Source: Paraphysomonas bandaiensis (taxonomy: Eukaryota > Protista > Chrysophyceae). Taken from it: a DNA stretch of 64,000 nt. Within the stretch, counting starts at the first letter, position 1, and each line of letters begins with the position of its first letter. Below are positions 37,880 to 51,155 of the stretch, in pieces. The position numbers and the translations under genes were made by a program. The notes beneath the pieces are model-generated. The model did no database searches, was not told the origin of the DNA, and saw only the letters and a program-made list of their open reading frames with translations. Where the stretch lies: positions 138,355 to 202,354 of the forward strand of contig CBFFRP010000017.1 of the NCBI GenBank assembly GCA_965644295.1, written 5' to 3'.

Positions 37880-38705
37880 CTATTCAACCAATTCAATTAA
37901 GTTGAAAACCTAGTCACACTATTTTGGTGGAATAACTAAGTCCAAATAATAAATGACTCAACCTAATCAATTTTGGTATTCAACTTAGAAACTAGATTAT
38001 ACATTGATTATATATTTGGTTCTTATATCCATTGATTATACACTGTATCTGTCTATAAGATACCATATATTAGTGGCTTACAGAGCCTCAAAACAAACAT
38101 TCAAACATAATGATACACTCATTATGCATATCTACTTAAAACAGGTGTACGTCTATGACTATCCAGTCTATCTATACCTCATAAGTATATAGCGATAGGC
38201 CCCCTGTCCCCTGTAAGTGTTATGGGGAAGAGGGGTCATAGATGTGTGGATATAACTCACACTGTGATCTGCAGGACATCTTCTTGAGGTCTTCATATGC
38301 TGTGAGTGATAGCGGCTATCTTCCACTGAATGTCTTTAATGACTGCATTGGCTTCCAGGAATAGTAAATACCCCTGTTTTTAGAACAACGAAGAAAAAGG
38401 AGGTTTTTAGGGCACAAAGTTGATATATTCGTAGAAACAGCATTATTGAAGTAGACTGCAGCAAAACATCCGTATCATGAGGTGTGTGTCGTGCAGTGAA
38501 TCCAGCCATTATTCATACAGTATCATACCATATAAACACCTTGTTAACCTAGTTACCCTAGTCAACCTAGTCACTGTAAACTGAAAACTTGACTAGATTA
38601 TCACCAATTTTGGTGTTACTAGGAAATTTCACCAAATTCAATAATAGATACCAAATATCTTAAATACCAATGTATAATATAAAAAAAATGAATTGGTTGA
38701 AATAG
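37880..38705. mobile_element. Degenerate TIR element
   Basis: CTATTCAACCAATTCA at ~37880 and TGAATTGGTTGAAATAG at ~38690; internal AACCTAGTCA and AATTTTGGT motifs near both ends. Confidence 0.45.
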
Positions 38706-39313
38706 GATAACAAACAATAATTGCAATTACAATTTATTAAAGTGTCTATTGTTAATTGGAATATTTTTACAGTTTTAGTGAAGCACTTGCATGCCACAGT
38801 CACTAAGGTTGAAAGACTATGCAGTAGAGCTCATATTGGTATGGCTCATTAATGCAAGAGTTAATCTTACTTTTATGTATGAATTGTTGCCTCTGAGATG
38901 GATTGACAGTTGAGCAAGCTATGTTGACAGCTAATGAATAGCTCTATGCGTGCAATTAGTTGGAATAACTGACAGTGGGACAACAAGTAATTTTCTAATT
39001 GACTACAACCTTCGCTGCCCTGAAAAAAGGATAAATATAAACTAGTTTTTACCCTCATCGATTAGGGTTAGCTGCAACACTTTGACAACGAAAAAATGTT
39101 AATATTGAAAAAACATACTTTACAACTCGTTAAATAACTATATAAACAACGGAGAATAAAAAGGAAATAATATTATTATATATTTACTAATTCAACACAA
39201 ATGATGTTCTGTGCGCTTCAACCAAGTGTGGTCTTATTCAATAATTTCGGACACGTTATTCCGAATACATAAAGCATTACAATACCATGCAATTCCGAAT
39301 TATTGAACTTGAA

Positions 39314-42194
39314 CTATCGTTTCTTGCCAATTGGAGGTAAGGATGTTTTTGCCATTTCTGCATTGCGTATAGTCATATTATTTGTAGAGATATGTTGCGT
39401 GAGAAGAAAGTGTCTTTCCTTTAACTCTTTGATGCTCTGCTGCAGATTCTCCATCGAATTCTTGCGCTTTTCGAAGTCAATGATGAGCATATCGCTAGTG
39501 GCAAAACCTCTGCGCCTTTTGAGTTCAACATTCTCGTCTCGTATGATATCTCTCTCATGCTTTGACGCGGTCAGTTTGCTTCTCTCGACGACAATATCTC
39601 TATCGACGGTAAGAAGTTCCTCACGAGCTGTCAAATTGTGTGTATCAACATGCCTCAGCTTTTCACGAATATGCGTTAATATCTGGACAGTAACTGTTTT
39701 CTTCCGCTTTAATTTCGCCAATTCTTCATTGCGCTCCTCAATCTTTTCACTTAAGGTTTGGTTCTCGATTTTTAACTGTTCAAAATCAATCATGTGGAGT
39801 CCTTCTGCCAGCTGCTCTCGTGAGCGCAAAGTTTTCTCGAGTCTCCTCAGAGTAGTTTTCAAACTGATATTACGTAGTCGAACCTGCAGATTTTTTTATC
39901 AATTGAGAAAACAGTATCATCATGTTACCTTTTCAAGTTCACTATCTTTCTTGCGTTCTGTGGTTTCATAGTGTTTAATTAAGCGCCGAGAAATTCCTTT
40001 CGCGGTACGGCTATTTTCAGCCTTTAGTAAAATCTCCCTGTACATATAGTGCTTAGAAAATAAATTCAAATAAAAACGATATACTTTAATGTATAACAAA
40101 CGAGCAGTATATACCGTTAAGATACGCACCGTTTGAATTCATTGAGCGAATCGGAGATCTCCTCCGCTTTGAACTCTTTGTCATCAAGTCTCGTTTGTAA
40201 GTCCAGGGCAAGCTGGTCGTACTCGGTTTGCTGTCGAATCGATTTCATCCTTCCTTCTGATATGGCTTGAAGAGTTTCTGTAAAATGGCTTTCTTTTTCG
40301 TTATTATTCTCGGCGCTATTGGTAGCAGGATCTGAGACATCTTGTGGTTCCCCTCCTCGAGACTGAGAGTCCCGCCCAATACGAGCAAGTATAGCGCTAC
40401 ATTTCTTCTGCCATTCACTATTAGCCGCCAGAGCCTTTTCCTTCTCCATCTCAAGCTCCTGAAGACGTCGAGAGAGAGTAGAAATCGCTTCCTCATCGAT
40501 ATTGAATCTATCTTCTTCCTCCTCATCGTCCTCATCTGAGGAGCTGAAACCTTCCTCTCCAGTCATTCTAGATACCTCATCATCGCATCCGACCCGCCCC
40601 TGCTCATCGTTCTCGGCATCTAACATTTCTGATGGCATTTTTTCATCTTCTTCTCCTTCTTGTGCATCGGCTGCGTCTTTTACCTCCAGCTCAGCAACTC
40701 CTCCACTCATGACATACATATCAGCAGTCGAGTTACCCTTGTAGACCAACACTATCCCCACTCGAAATCCATGTGCCTGATTCAGAGGGTTCGGAGCAAC
40801 CCTTAATTCCGCCCCTCCGCCAAGATTGTCCGTTATGAACGATTGAAAAGCATCCTCGACTTGCTCTTGCGTCTCCACCTCACAGGAAACAGGGATAATG
40901 TGGGAATACTTAGGATTGGCACCATACTTCACAGCTAAATGTACCTCCACTTCCTGTTCATGCAAAAAATAAGATCAACAAATAAGGCATTCTGCTATTC
41001 TCTGCAAAAATAACATTATTAATACCTAGTACAAAATGCATAAATTAAATACACCTAACACATCATTCTAAGCACGTTGTGAATACCTGTCCCTCCGCGA
41101 GATTCGTCTCGTCTAGTGTGTAACCCTCCGGGGTCTCGATCTCACCGCCTTCGGTTTTCGTAACAAACACTAAATCTTCAATACCTTCGACATTCTCCTC
41201 GGCAGTGCTGCGATTGACACCCAATCCAAAACGCCACTCCCCCGCCCCAGGTGCCCGCTCAAATCCATTGGTCATGTCCACAATAGGGCAAACCTCAAAC
41301 CCATCGTTATTGAGGGCGTGGGTTGAGTCCGGCTCCGGAGCAACCTTAAGTGTTGTAGCTATAAGATAAAGAGGTGTAGCTTCCTGTTCTCCTTCAGCCA
41401 CTTGCTGTTCTCCTGTTGCGGTTGTGGAAAAGTCAAGAGCTCTGATTAGAGTTGGAGATTCTAAATCAAATGCAGGATCAGGTTCATCATGAGATACCCG
41501 CTCTCGTTCGTCAACATAAACTGCAATACGCACAGTACCCTCTACACACTCGGTGGGAAGAGAAATAGGAATGGCAACAGCATCCGATCCGTCCTCCACA
41601 TCTGCAGCCTGGAGTATCATTTCCCATGGCATAACGGTGCATACCTCGCGATAATCCTCATCATGATCCGCAGCGAACTCCACTTTACATAAAGCTGGCG
41701 TATGAGAACGGTAAAGAGACGACCCTTGGAGAACCAAATTGCCGTTGATGAATGGTCCAACAGGATCTAGCTCAATGTACTTATTGACTATTTTAATAAT
41801 GACTTCAACACCGTCTTCACGCTCATCAACTTGAACAGCTAAGTGAGTAGCAACACTGTAGGTATGTTAACACACATACACACTTCACACATAAGTACAA
41901 ACCTCAGCATGAGACCATTCCTGTCTGTTTCATCGCCACTCTCTCCACTCAGGATACCTTTCAGCGTGGTTGCAACGGCTTCTACTGTCGATGACTCAGC
42001 ATCCACAGTGGCGACAACCTTAACATCAATATAAAAAGAATTGTTGATTTCTTCGAGCTCAATGGACGTTAACTCGCGCTTATCGGCAGACAGTCGCGCC
42101 TGAAACCAAACGTAAATATAAATGACGAGTTGTTGTTAGCATTGACCTCATTGATAACGGCCAGTACTTCATCGATATAACTGAGAGAGCTCAT
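39314..42194 (-). CDS. CCDC96: CCDC96/CFAP184-like ciliary coiled-coil protein with long N-terminal extension (multi-exon)
   Basis: DUF4201-type C-terminus EQLAEGLHMIDFEQLKIENQTLSEKIEERNEELAKLK...VQILTHIREK; upstream ORFs 40117-40965 and 41063-41737 and an ATG at 42194 link through GT-AG introns. Confidence 0.85.
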
Positions 42195-42554
42195 ATGTGC
42201 TGTTAGCTATGCGTATATATATGCAGTGGGGCTGTAGATGGACAGCTGAACGATATGCAGAGACTGTGGTGCAGTTTATTGCCACAGTAGAGATGCAGGT
42301 GGAGCTGAGGTTAACGCAGGGCTTGTATATACCCACTCACTCACTCATATGAATGATCGTGACTCGGAACTGATCGACTCCTCTGCTGGCTGTAGCTCTG
42401 TAGGCGACTGTGTCATGCGCGAGGTGTGTGTATGTATATGGGAGGAACTGACCGTTTCAAGTTTACTAATATACCGTAGACTACACCTATACACTGCTGT
42501 ATACACTGTATATATAAAATCTGTTCAGGTGTTTTCTATAGACTCACAAAGTAG

Positions 42555-44888
42555 GAGGTTTTCAGTAACATTTCCGGATTTTCAGTAGCATTTGTTTCTG
42601 AAAAAGACAAAAAACCCCTTATAGATAGCATGAGCATGTTGCTGCGTGGAAACCTATCGGCATCCTTTGTATATTTTTGTTCAGAGATGCCTCAAATATT
42701 GAGTCAACAATTATCTGTATTCCATCTGTAGTTGTATTGCAGTAATGTAGACAATTTCTGCTTCAATACATTTCCGAAAAATAAGATGCTGACTGCCGAT
42801 ATGAAGGAGAGCATGAGAATCGTTGCACTGACGGCCCCAGTGACGTTAGTAAGTATGTGATCTTACCGTTAAAGTTGTTAGTGTGTCACATGGCAGACAT
42901 AAGCATCAATGTTGATGATGTGGAAGATGTTGATAATGTTGTTGATGAGGCTGGTGACACTGAGGCCGCTCCCAGTGGAGATCAAGACCAGCCTGAGCCG
43001 GGTGGTCAAGCTCAGCTCTGCAGCACCATTGCTAAAACTCTTGAAGGAGAAGGACTTCGCCAAATTTCGTGATATTGTTGGTGCAGGCGATGACGGCATC
43101 GATGATTTGAAGAAGTTGTTGCTGTAGTTTGATGGCTACACTACTGAATGGGCCAAGAAGAAGGATCCCACTAATGTGCGCGATTCAGATGATCTAAAAC
43201 GAATTATATTCGGGGAGAAGGTGAAAAATACTTATGCTAGTTTCATGTCGGCAATAAACAATAGGTACGGTTTAGTGTTATATGTGTTTCTGTGATCTAT
43301 TAAGTGCACTTTATAAGGTTTGAGCCACTATGGATTGAATCCCATATTGTAGGACTATCCACCTAAATACAGGGCTGGGTAGTCCTACAATATGAGTCCT
43401 TCCGGTGTAGATGCATCTCAATACCTCCTATACATCAAGAAGCAAATATCTGTGTATCGTGCGCATGAGATCGCATATAAGACTTCCACCTACAAGTTTG
43501 ATCGAACTACTTTCCAGATTGGTGGCTTGCTTGTCTCTTCCTCGGAAGGCCAACTGGCCAACGATGCAGAGACTGCTTCATGTCTGGAAAAGCTGTCGAT
43601 ATGGGTGTTAATCGGCTGCAGGATATTAGATTCTAATTCGCCGACTCCTTCACACTGAAGTGACAATCAGACCCCTTCCAAAAGCGTGCGCGTCGACTTA
43701 CACGTCCAGCACAGCTATAGTACCCCAATGCCTCTACACGTAGCATTGCTTTGCCATTCACAAGGGCCGCTGTGATTCAAAACAAAAGAGTTTACAATAA
43801 GCTACTCGAGCAGCTTGAAACTCAAGGTGATGAGCTGCTTGCAGCAGTAACAGTGACTGATACAAATGAACAATTTTTTAGAATAGAACTTCTTATTAGA
43901 GACAAATGTTCTGGTGTGGGGTACACATACCCTCTACCATAATAATCCAAAATTATTTCCTTATGTGGTTCTATTCTAGGCACACAGCATTTAATTCTAA
44001 ATTTCCTGGATTCGGTATCTACTTTGAGTTGGTGGCAATTAGCTCTTACTTAATTCGTTGGGTCATTTTCTTACTATTATTTTACTTGCTATTGCAATAT
44101 CAAGCTAAGCATTTACCATTAAGATTAACATCATCAGCAGCCCACCTTCTCTACCAGTCTCTAGCACGGTCGATATCCTTTCGTTGTTCATCAGTCAACC
44201 ATTCAACCCCTTCGAATACAGCAATGACTTCTACTATGCTAGAAGTGTAGGTCTTCCTCAACTCTGGTATCGATAATTGCATAGTTGAAACATATCAATG
44301 ATACTGCCACGATTGGCTTGTAAATTATAAGACTGTGATAATGGCGGAGTAACTTCCACATTCATTGCAGCCTCTACATCTCTACAGTCATGATTAAGGC
44401 TCTCCCAGTATTCAGCAGTTGAATCACCGCATTTGGTACGCAATCCATCATATTCCAAGAGCATACTGTGTAGAATACAAGCAGTACGAAAGGCCCCAAA
44501 CTGACTGATAGTAATTAGGACTTGGATGAATTCTTCATGTGCTCGTCGTATTGACAAACGATTTGATGTTATCGTTGACAAATCTGTCAACCACGTATTC
44601 CATCTCCTGCTGAGTTGGAACTCTTCCTCTGAGAGTACTATTGTCAATGACAAAGTATTTCAACTATTTCAACAGACTTGCAGACGCTTAATTGATACCA
44701 AAGTACAGAGTTGCTGTTTTAAAAGGAAAGGTACGGCAGTATGAAAGTATGGTAAAGCAAACACTGAGGAATGTTACTGAATCTCTAAAAACCAGTTTCT
44801 TGGTGACATTTCCTGGTACAAAAAAGCTGTCAGTAACATGTTACTGAAAATGTTACTGAAACAGTGCTACTAAATCAGTGCAAAGGGC
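42555..44888. mobile_element. PIF/Harbinger relic A (convergent partner ORF and transposase C-terminus)
   Basis: Subterminal TTCAGTAACATT motifs near both ends; right end GCCCTTTGCACTG (minus); minus-strand FRTACILHSMLLEYDGL at ~44440-44490; broken plus-strand ORF ~42890-43940. The left TIR was not found. Confidence 0.6.
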
Positions 44889-44889
44889 T

Positions 44890-45385
44890 GTGGATTGACG
44901 AATGACGTGCTTGTATGGATCAATTCAGTCTGATAAATGAGGCAATGCATGAAAAACTTAATGCAGCCGGATCCGTACTACTTTATTGGTGACGAAGCTT
45001 TCGTACTACACAGCACTTTCTAGTTCTACGGTCTCGAAGGAGATTTGATTAATGAAAAAATTCTTTCAATTACCACTTGTCATCATGACAGTGTATTCAG
45101 AGCCTTTTCTCATTTAACTCAGATGTGATAAGTGGATACTTATTTGCACTGTGGCAGCTAAACTTCATAACTACATCATAGACAAAATGCCAGGGGGTCG
45201 AGCATCGAGCAGAATGTGATATTCAAGAAGGGGACGCAAGCTTGGTTTACTGAAATGGGAACTTCAATGAAGGTGAGAAGCTATTGAATACTAACCGCCC
45301 AAATGGAGATCGCCGTAAACAACTAACACAATACCTACACGATGAAGGTGTTAGGAGACCTACTCTTTTCAAAAAGCTATTTACA
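44890..45385 (+). pseudogene. Degraded PIF/Harbinger (DDE_Tnp_4) transposase, element B
   Basis: Fragments TNDVLVW, YYFIGDEAF, NSFNYHLSS, ICTVAAKLHNYIID, with many stops and frameshifts. Confidence 0.8.
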
Positions 45386-45499
45386 TAATTTGAATAATAC
45401 AATGCAATTAATATCGCATATGCATATTAAATCTTATTACTAAGCCTTTTAACAATTATCACTCGAAATATACATATATATACATAGCAGTTGAATTAT

Positions 45500-46814
45500 T
45501 TAACGCTCAGAGTCAATGTCGTTGTTCAATGCTTTTCTTACACTTGGAGTACAAAGTCCCGACAGTTGAAGCAAGTAGTCATGGGCCCTTTGTTTAATGT
45601 TTTCATCTGTAGAATTCAATGCCATGAATTCCACAGCACGAATTCTCTCTGTGCGTGATAAAATGGATTCTAAAGCAAGACTCATCCCTTCTGAACTGTC
45701 ACTCCCACCTGATCTCATTGCTGCTCTTCTTGCCCTCTGATTCTTTCGAGCAATTGCTCCTGGTGTAGGTGAAAGCTTACGCTTTCTTGGAACTTGGGGC
45801 TTCCCATCAGTTGGTAGCGCTCCGCTGTCCCTCTGCATATGTCTGGGAAGGGCTATACCGAGCTGGTCCATTTGGCTCCTATCCATTATGCAGTAGGCGT
45901 AATAGTAGACGTCCGAGTAGCTGGTGCAGAACTTGCACCACTCGTCGTAGAGATTTTCGGCTTCCTGGTTTCCACTTCGGCTGAAATTCTGGAATATCTA
46001 CACGCCAGTTGTCAAATAGCGTATAGTTGTATGGTAAGTCATTCATTATTTACCTTTGTTAAGTTGATTCGAATCTCTCGCATACTTTTTCTGATCCAAC
46101 CTCCATCTCGTTTAGGTCGTCCAGGTGTGCTGGGATTGAGCTCAAAACACTTCTTTGCTATGGATTCAAGTTGCGGGATAGGCCTATTGAACAATGGAGT
46201 GAAATAATATAGTCGCCACAGTATACAACATACTGATAAGGCACTTTGCGATTGCCGTGCTCATCATACACAATAGTCTGGTTCTGAAATACCAAACTCT
46301 CATCATTGAATTGAGCGGCCAGCTGCTGCCAGGGATCGGGCTGGGTGGCAACTTTTCGCCTATTCATTGGCTGATATGCTCGAATCCATAAAGCTTGTGC
46401 TGAAGGCAGCACATATAAGTGCATCAAACGGCACCTGTAAATGTTCACAAGTAATTAGATATACTAACCCTAATCAGTTATATTTCACCTATCGTGATCG
46501 TTAGTGTCCTCGTCGCGGGCACTTGCTTCAGTAATAGATGCAGCTGATTCAGACAAAGCACTAGACTCAACAGCCTTCTTCACACACTCAGGAAGTGAAA
46601 TAAAGAAGGCCTGAGTCTTGTTCTGCTGCAAAGCAGTCATCTTATCCCACTCTGGGTACGATGAGTCGAACGCTCTCTGTTCCGGGCATTGCTCAGGCTG
46701 CAATTTCCGCAATTGCATCACAACGTAATTAGGGTGACACATGGGCCACCCTCTGGGCACCAGAGAGTCTCCTTGGCTTACATCAGCATCGCTGCTATGG
46801 TCAGAGCTGCTCAT
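45500..46814 (-). CDS. Harbinger partner (Myb/SANT-like ORF2) protein, 4 exons, apparently intact
   Basis: Three GT-AG introns (~46435-46488, ~46179-46226, ~45998-46053) give an open product: ..NDHDRCRLMHLY..DPWQQLAAQFND..RDGGWIRKSMREIR..IFQNFSRSGNQ..PRKRK. Tail-to-tail with the transposase relic. Confidence 0.7.
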
Positions 46815-48664
46815 CTTAGAATTTAAATGTAGACTTCGCTCTCATTCAGAGGGCAGCCCATACAGCCGTATATGGTATAGTACAAATCAAAACTGGTGCT
46901 TTTCTGCGACAAGATGGGTCGTTTTGTTATAAAATACGGATCTTTTGGTGAAAATGGGATTTTATACAGAAAAAATGCCTGTATTTTCAAAAAATTAGGA
47001 CATAGCGCGCACGTCCACCTGGGCCTCGCATCATATCATACGATGCTATATGATAGTCTCCATCAGATGCCCAGGGAAGCACAAGTATCTCAGTATGAAG
47101 AGTGAGTGTGTCGCTGATAGTTCTGTTTTCGAACGATCTGATAACAGTGTCGCGAAGGCGCCTGTATAGCTGTGCACTGTGTATGTATATGTGCTGCATC
47201 TGCTTGAAGGACACGTCAACGATAAGATCAGAGACAGCTCTGAGATATGAGTTCTACTGATAGGGAAGGGATTCATTACACCGAATAGTTCATAGGTAAC
47301 TGTGTATTGACTGTGGAGGTTATTGTGTGTGAATTCCGTAGCCATTACGAACACCAGCTCTTGCCGTTAATCAAGAGGGATATCTCTCCAATGATTACCG
47401 CACTATCGTGTCTCCATGTACAATGATAATATATTTCGTAACTACTGCTGATCCTTCCGGCTTGATCACAACCTCTGAAGAGCTTCCGAGTATTGTGGGG
47501 GGTCTCGTCACTGCTAAAGTAGAAACAAGTGTATTGATCGGAAGGAAAGTTAATGATTCCACTGCTCGGGCTCCAATTGATGCCATTGACAATGATTGAA
47601 GAAAGTATCAGTGAGAAGTACTGAGAGTGAGGCTGGCAAATTAGAAGTAGTTCCATGATACGAACAATTATATTTGATTCTAGCTTTAGTTTCAAGTGCT
47701 TCCTATACGTATCATCGACCTCAGTCTTCCAATAGCCCGTATACAGATCGGTTTTCACCGTAAGAGTTCTTGAAATGATGAGTAGGCGTAATAAACTAGT
47801 TTACATGTAGTTTCAAATAGCGTTTTTGATGTAAATTATCATGTTGTTATTCTCAAAAGGCGCTATATATTATAATGATTTTCGCCCTAACTATTTCCCA
47901 CTTTTCCTTTCAAGACACTCTATGATATTATTTAGTTGTGCTTTCAAACTGCGTGTGCATTTTTACAACAGTGTAGTTGATATAGTGTATAGTGTAAGAA
48001 CACATTTTAGAAATTGACCAAGTTGGCTGGTAATGATTGGTGGGATCGTGGGATCTACGCAGTGTTGTTCATGTTTGATGCACACATCGAGATTGCTAGA
48101 GGTGACGATTCAGGTTATTACGTGTGGCTGACGCGCGTACCTAAAATTGTAAATGTATTTTAAAGTATGATAGCTTGCTGTCTAGTTGCAGAGGACTGCA
48201 GAGAATTATGTCTACTCCCGTAGTAGAAGATAATAGTGGGAGCTGTAGGCGCTGTTTTAGGTCTTCTTGTCAGCTACTTAGATTATTTATGATTATTTGA
48301 AGTTCTGCTTATAATATAAGGTTGATAATAACTTGTTCTCATGGATTATTGTACTGTATCTGCTGATAAGAAAGGTTGTGACGTATGAAGTGTATGAAGT
48401 GCACCCCTTTAAAGTTGCGTTAAAATATGTGCAACTAGAGTAGTATTCTGAGAGGTAGCAGGCTTGTGCTGGATAACCTATATGAATTATTTGTCTACAA
48501 CTCTAAACAATTTTCGTTTAACCACCTCGTCCTCGTTAAAAGATATTCAGCTGCATGAATAGTTTATTGTTTTAACGAGTATCAATCCCATAATTTGTAG
48601 TTTATAGTGACGGGTATAGTTTAGTACCTAATTTAACGAAATTCACTAGGTTCGAAACTATGTG

Positions 48665-49114
48665 AGAAAGTCTTATTATTAGCAGTAGGCGTCAAGAACC
48701 GACATCAGATAAGTAGTTAGATGAAGACTAGTCAGGCTAGATCGACCTCTACAAGTAACTAACTAGTACAAATTCTCATATCCTACTATTAAACGCTACA
48801 GACGCTACTTGTGCGTCGCCGCAAGCACCAAGGTGCAACCATTTCTTGTGTGTGAGGGATAAGCTCTCTGCGGACGTCAGTCCTTGAAGTACAGAATGAT
48901 CAGTCAGGAGGACGCTCCTTGAGATAGGGCTCCTCGGGACTTTGTGGAGGGGGATTTATGTATCAGTGAGTCCAGTGTTCTTAACCTGAGATACTGTACA
49001 TGGACGAGGGGGTATGTTGGGGCTCCCACGTGTCTTTTTGCTGCGAGTTGGGCCCGAAACAGAGGAGTATCTGTCGGAGTTGACATCGTGGCCGCTTCTC
49101 TGCTGGGGCGAGAC
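48665..49114 (-). mobile_element. 5'-truncated copy of the KGRPPD non-LTR family
   Basis: High identity to 32288-32705; frameshifted YLRLRTLDSLI...PQSPEEPYLKERPPD*. Confidence 0.85.
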
Positions 49115-49407
49115 TATATCTTGCTTTCAAGTTTATGCTCATACTCCTCCTATCACTTAGTATGTAGTATATATTATGTGTTGATTTCGGAGACAACATA
49201 TGTTCATCTCCAATCACAATGAACTCAAAACTAGAAAACATGTCGTCAGCAAGCAAGCAGCTCTTACTTTACTTTTCGACGCATGTGTACAGTAACGGCA
49301 AATGATATATACCATATTTACGGAAACCTATTTTTCTCATTCACGCACCATATGATAATAATAACCGGGCATAATCTACAGTTCATACACTAATCCTTCG
49401 GCATTTT

Positions 49408-50793
49408 TCACTGAAAACTTGAATTCGATGGGTCACTATGCTGCACAATAAAATCACTGAAACTACTAAACTCCGGCACCCAACCAATCTCAGTTCGCGT
49501 CCACCTGCAATCACATACTTTCCCTCCATTCTCATGCTCTGATTTCGAAGAGAACTGCGCATGCGTCATAAACTAAACCCGACAGTGAAATAATACCTGT
49601 GGAACAGAAACTCCGGGGGCCAGAGCTGCAAATGATGCCTCGACAATATCCCTACGCGACATGGGGCTTCCATCACTTACCATATACACTCGTCCGTTAC
49701 CCCCTGCATTTACATATCACAGTGTCATGCATCGCAGTGTAATGAATAACGAGGTCAATATCCAAGAAACACAACTTGCACTATCGTAAGGACGAAAGTA
49801 GCTCACCTTTTCTAAATATCTGAACTATTGCAGCTGCGGCATCACTGTAATGGACTAAATTTACCAGACTATGCGGAGACAAGGAAAGTCTACCGACCCC
49901 CTCATCTCCTGCGGACGAGGTTTGTGAGATAGATCGCATCCAATATATATGCGGTCCTCTTTCTGCCGAGTATAATCCTGTATTCCACATAAAATAGAGA
50001 AGTTTGCAGAGACAACGAGACCTGCGAGTCGAACGACAGCAGAATTCCCAGAAGAGCCTAACACAAGATCTTCAGCAGCAAGTGCTCTACATAAATCCTT
50101 AAAGTTGAGCATAAAATGTGACAATAATATAGAATGGCGACATTTTATTCAACACTAAATTCTTGTCCTCGTACGTAGTAACACACCTTGCAGCTCTTGA
50201 ATTCGAGGGGTCTCGATCCACATCTGAGAACTCTGTCACAACACTTGAAGAATTCCCGTATACTGCTGTAGTTGATACCAGGAGCACCATACCAATACCA
50301 CAATTTCCTTCCATATTATCATGACGCCGTAGCAGATGCAGAGCAGCCTGAACTTCTGATATATAGTCAACGTGTTCGCCAGATGCAGAGTACGGCGGTA
50401 TAGAAATCAGCACATTGACTGCACTGTTGTGATCAGAAAGTGATCTGTGTATAAGTTCAGTGAATCTTAGTGTATAAGTCTATACACTCGTGAGGGGACT
50501 CACCTGTCTCTTCTGAGCCTCGTGTGGGCTCCCGCTGCTTCAAGATCCTTATGACTGCTCGGAGTCCTTGTTTCTGCTACTACATAAGAACCAGGATAAG
50601 CTCTCATCCATTCCCTCACTACTCTCTGTCCCAAATAGCCTGCACCGACTATCCACAGGTCAGTTGAGGGGGGCGAGGGACTCGGAGGCATTGAGACAGT
50701 GTGGCTCATGCGATGACGAATAAGATGTGGAACAGATACTGAAACTGCACACGCATGCAGAATTATGCACCAAATCAATGGTGTCGCTAGCAT
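49408..50793 (-). CDS. NAD(P)-binding Rossmann-fold protein (atypical SDR/epimerase-like), multi-exon
   Basis: DLWIVGAGYLGQRV, VVAETRT, VSTTAVYG, VVRLAGLY..ERGPHIYW, LVNLVHYSDAAAA, GWVPEFSSF; GT-AG introns. Confidence 0.85.
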
Positions 50794-51155
50794 GCTGATG
50801 TTTCTGTTGCTGTTAAGAGCGCAACTCTAGCACTGATGCATGTTCTCATGCACATCTCTACGCACATCACTGTATACCGGTATACATACATGTATACTGC
50901 ACTGACCTGCCCGCATAATACAGTGAAATACATCAGTACACATGGAGTACAGTGGAACTTGAAGTACACAACTCCTGTATACCTATGTATTCCACTGTAT
51001 TCCTGCTAGTTCAAGAGTTCTTGTTCTAGAGTCGTACACTGCACTCGTCCATATGCACGTGCCCACCTCTTTTTACAGCAGCTGCCATATGACTCACTGA
51101 CCATTTCATAGCATACACTTGTATATATATACATCACCCGACCCAGCACTAGACG

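Noticed and set aside
47046-47758. Minus-strand ORFs of 137 and 102 aa
   Set aside because: No motif recognised, non-ATG starts and frame switching; at most a decayed gene.
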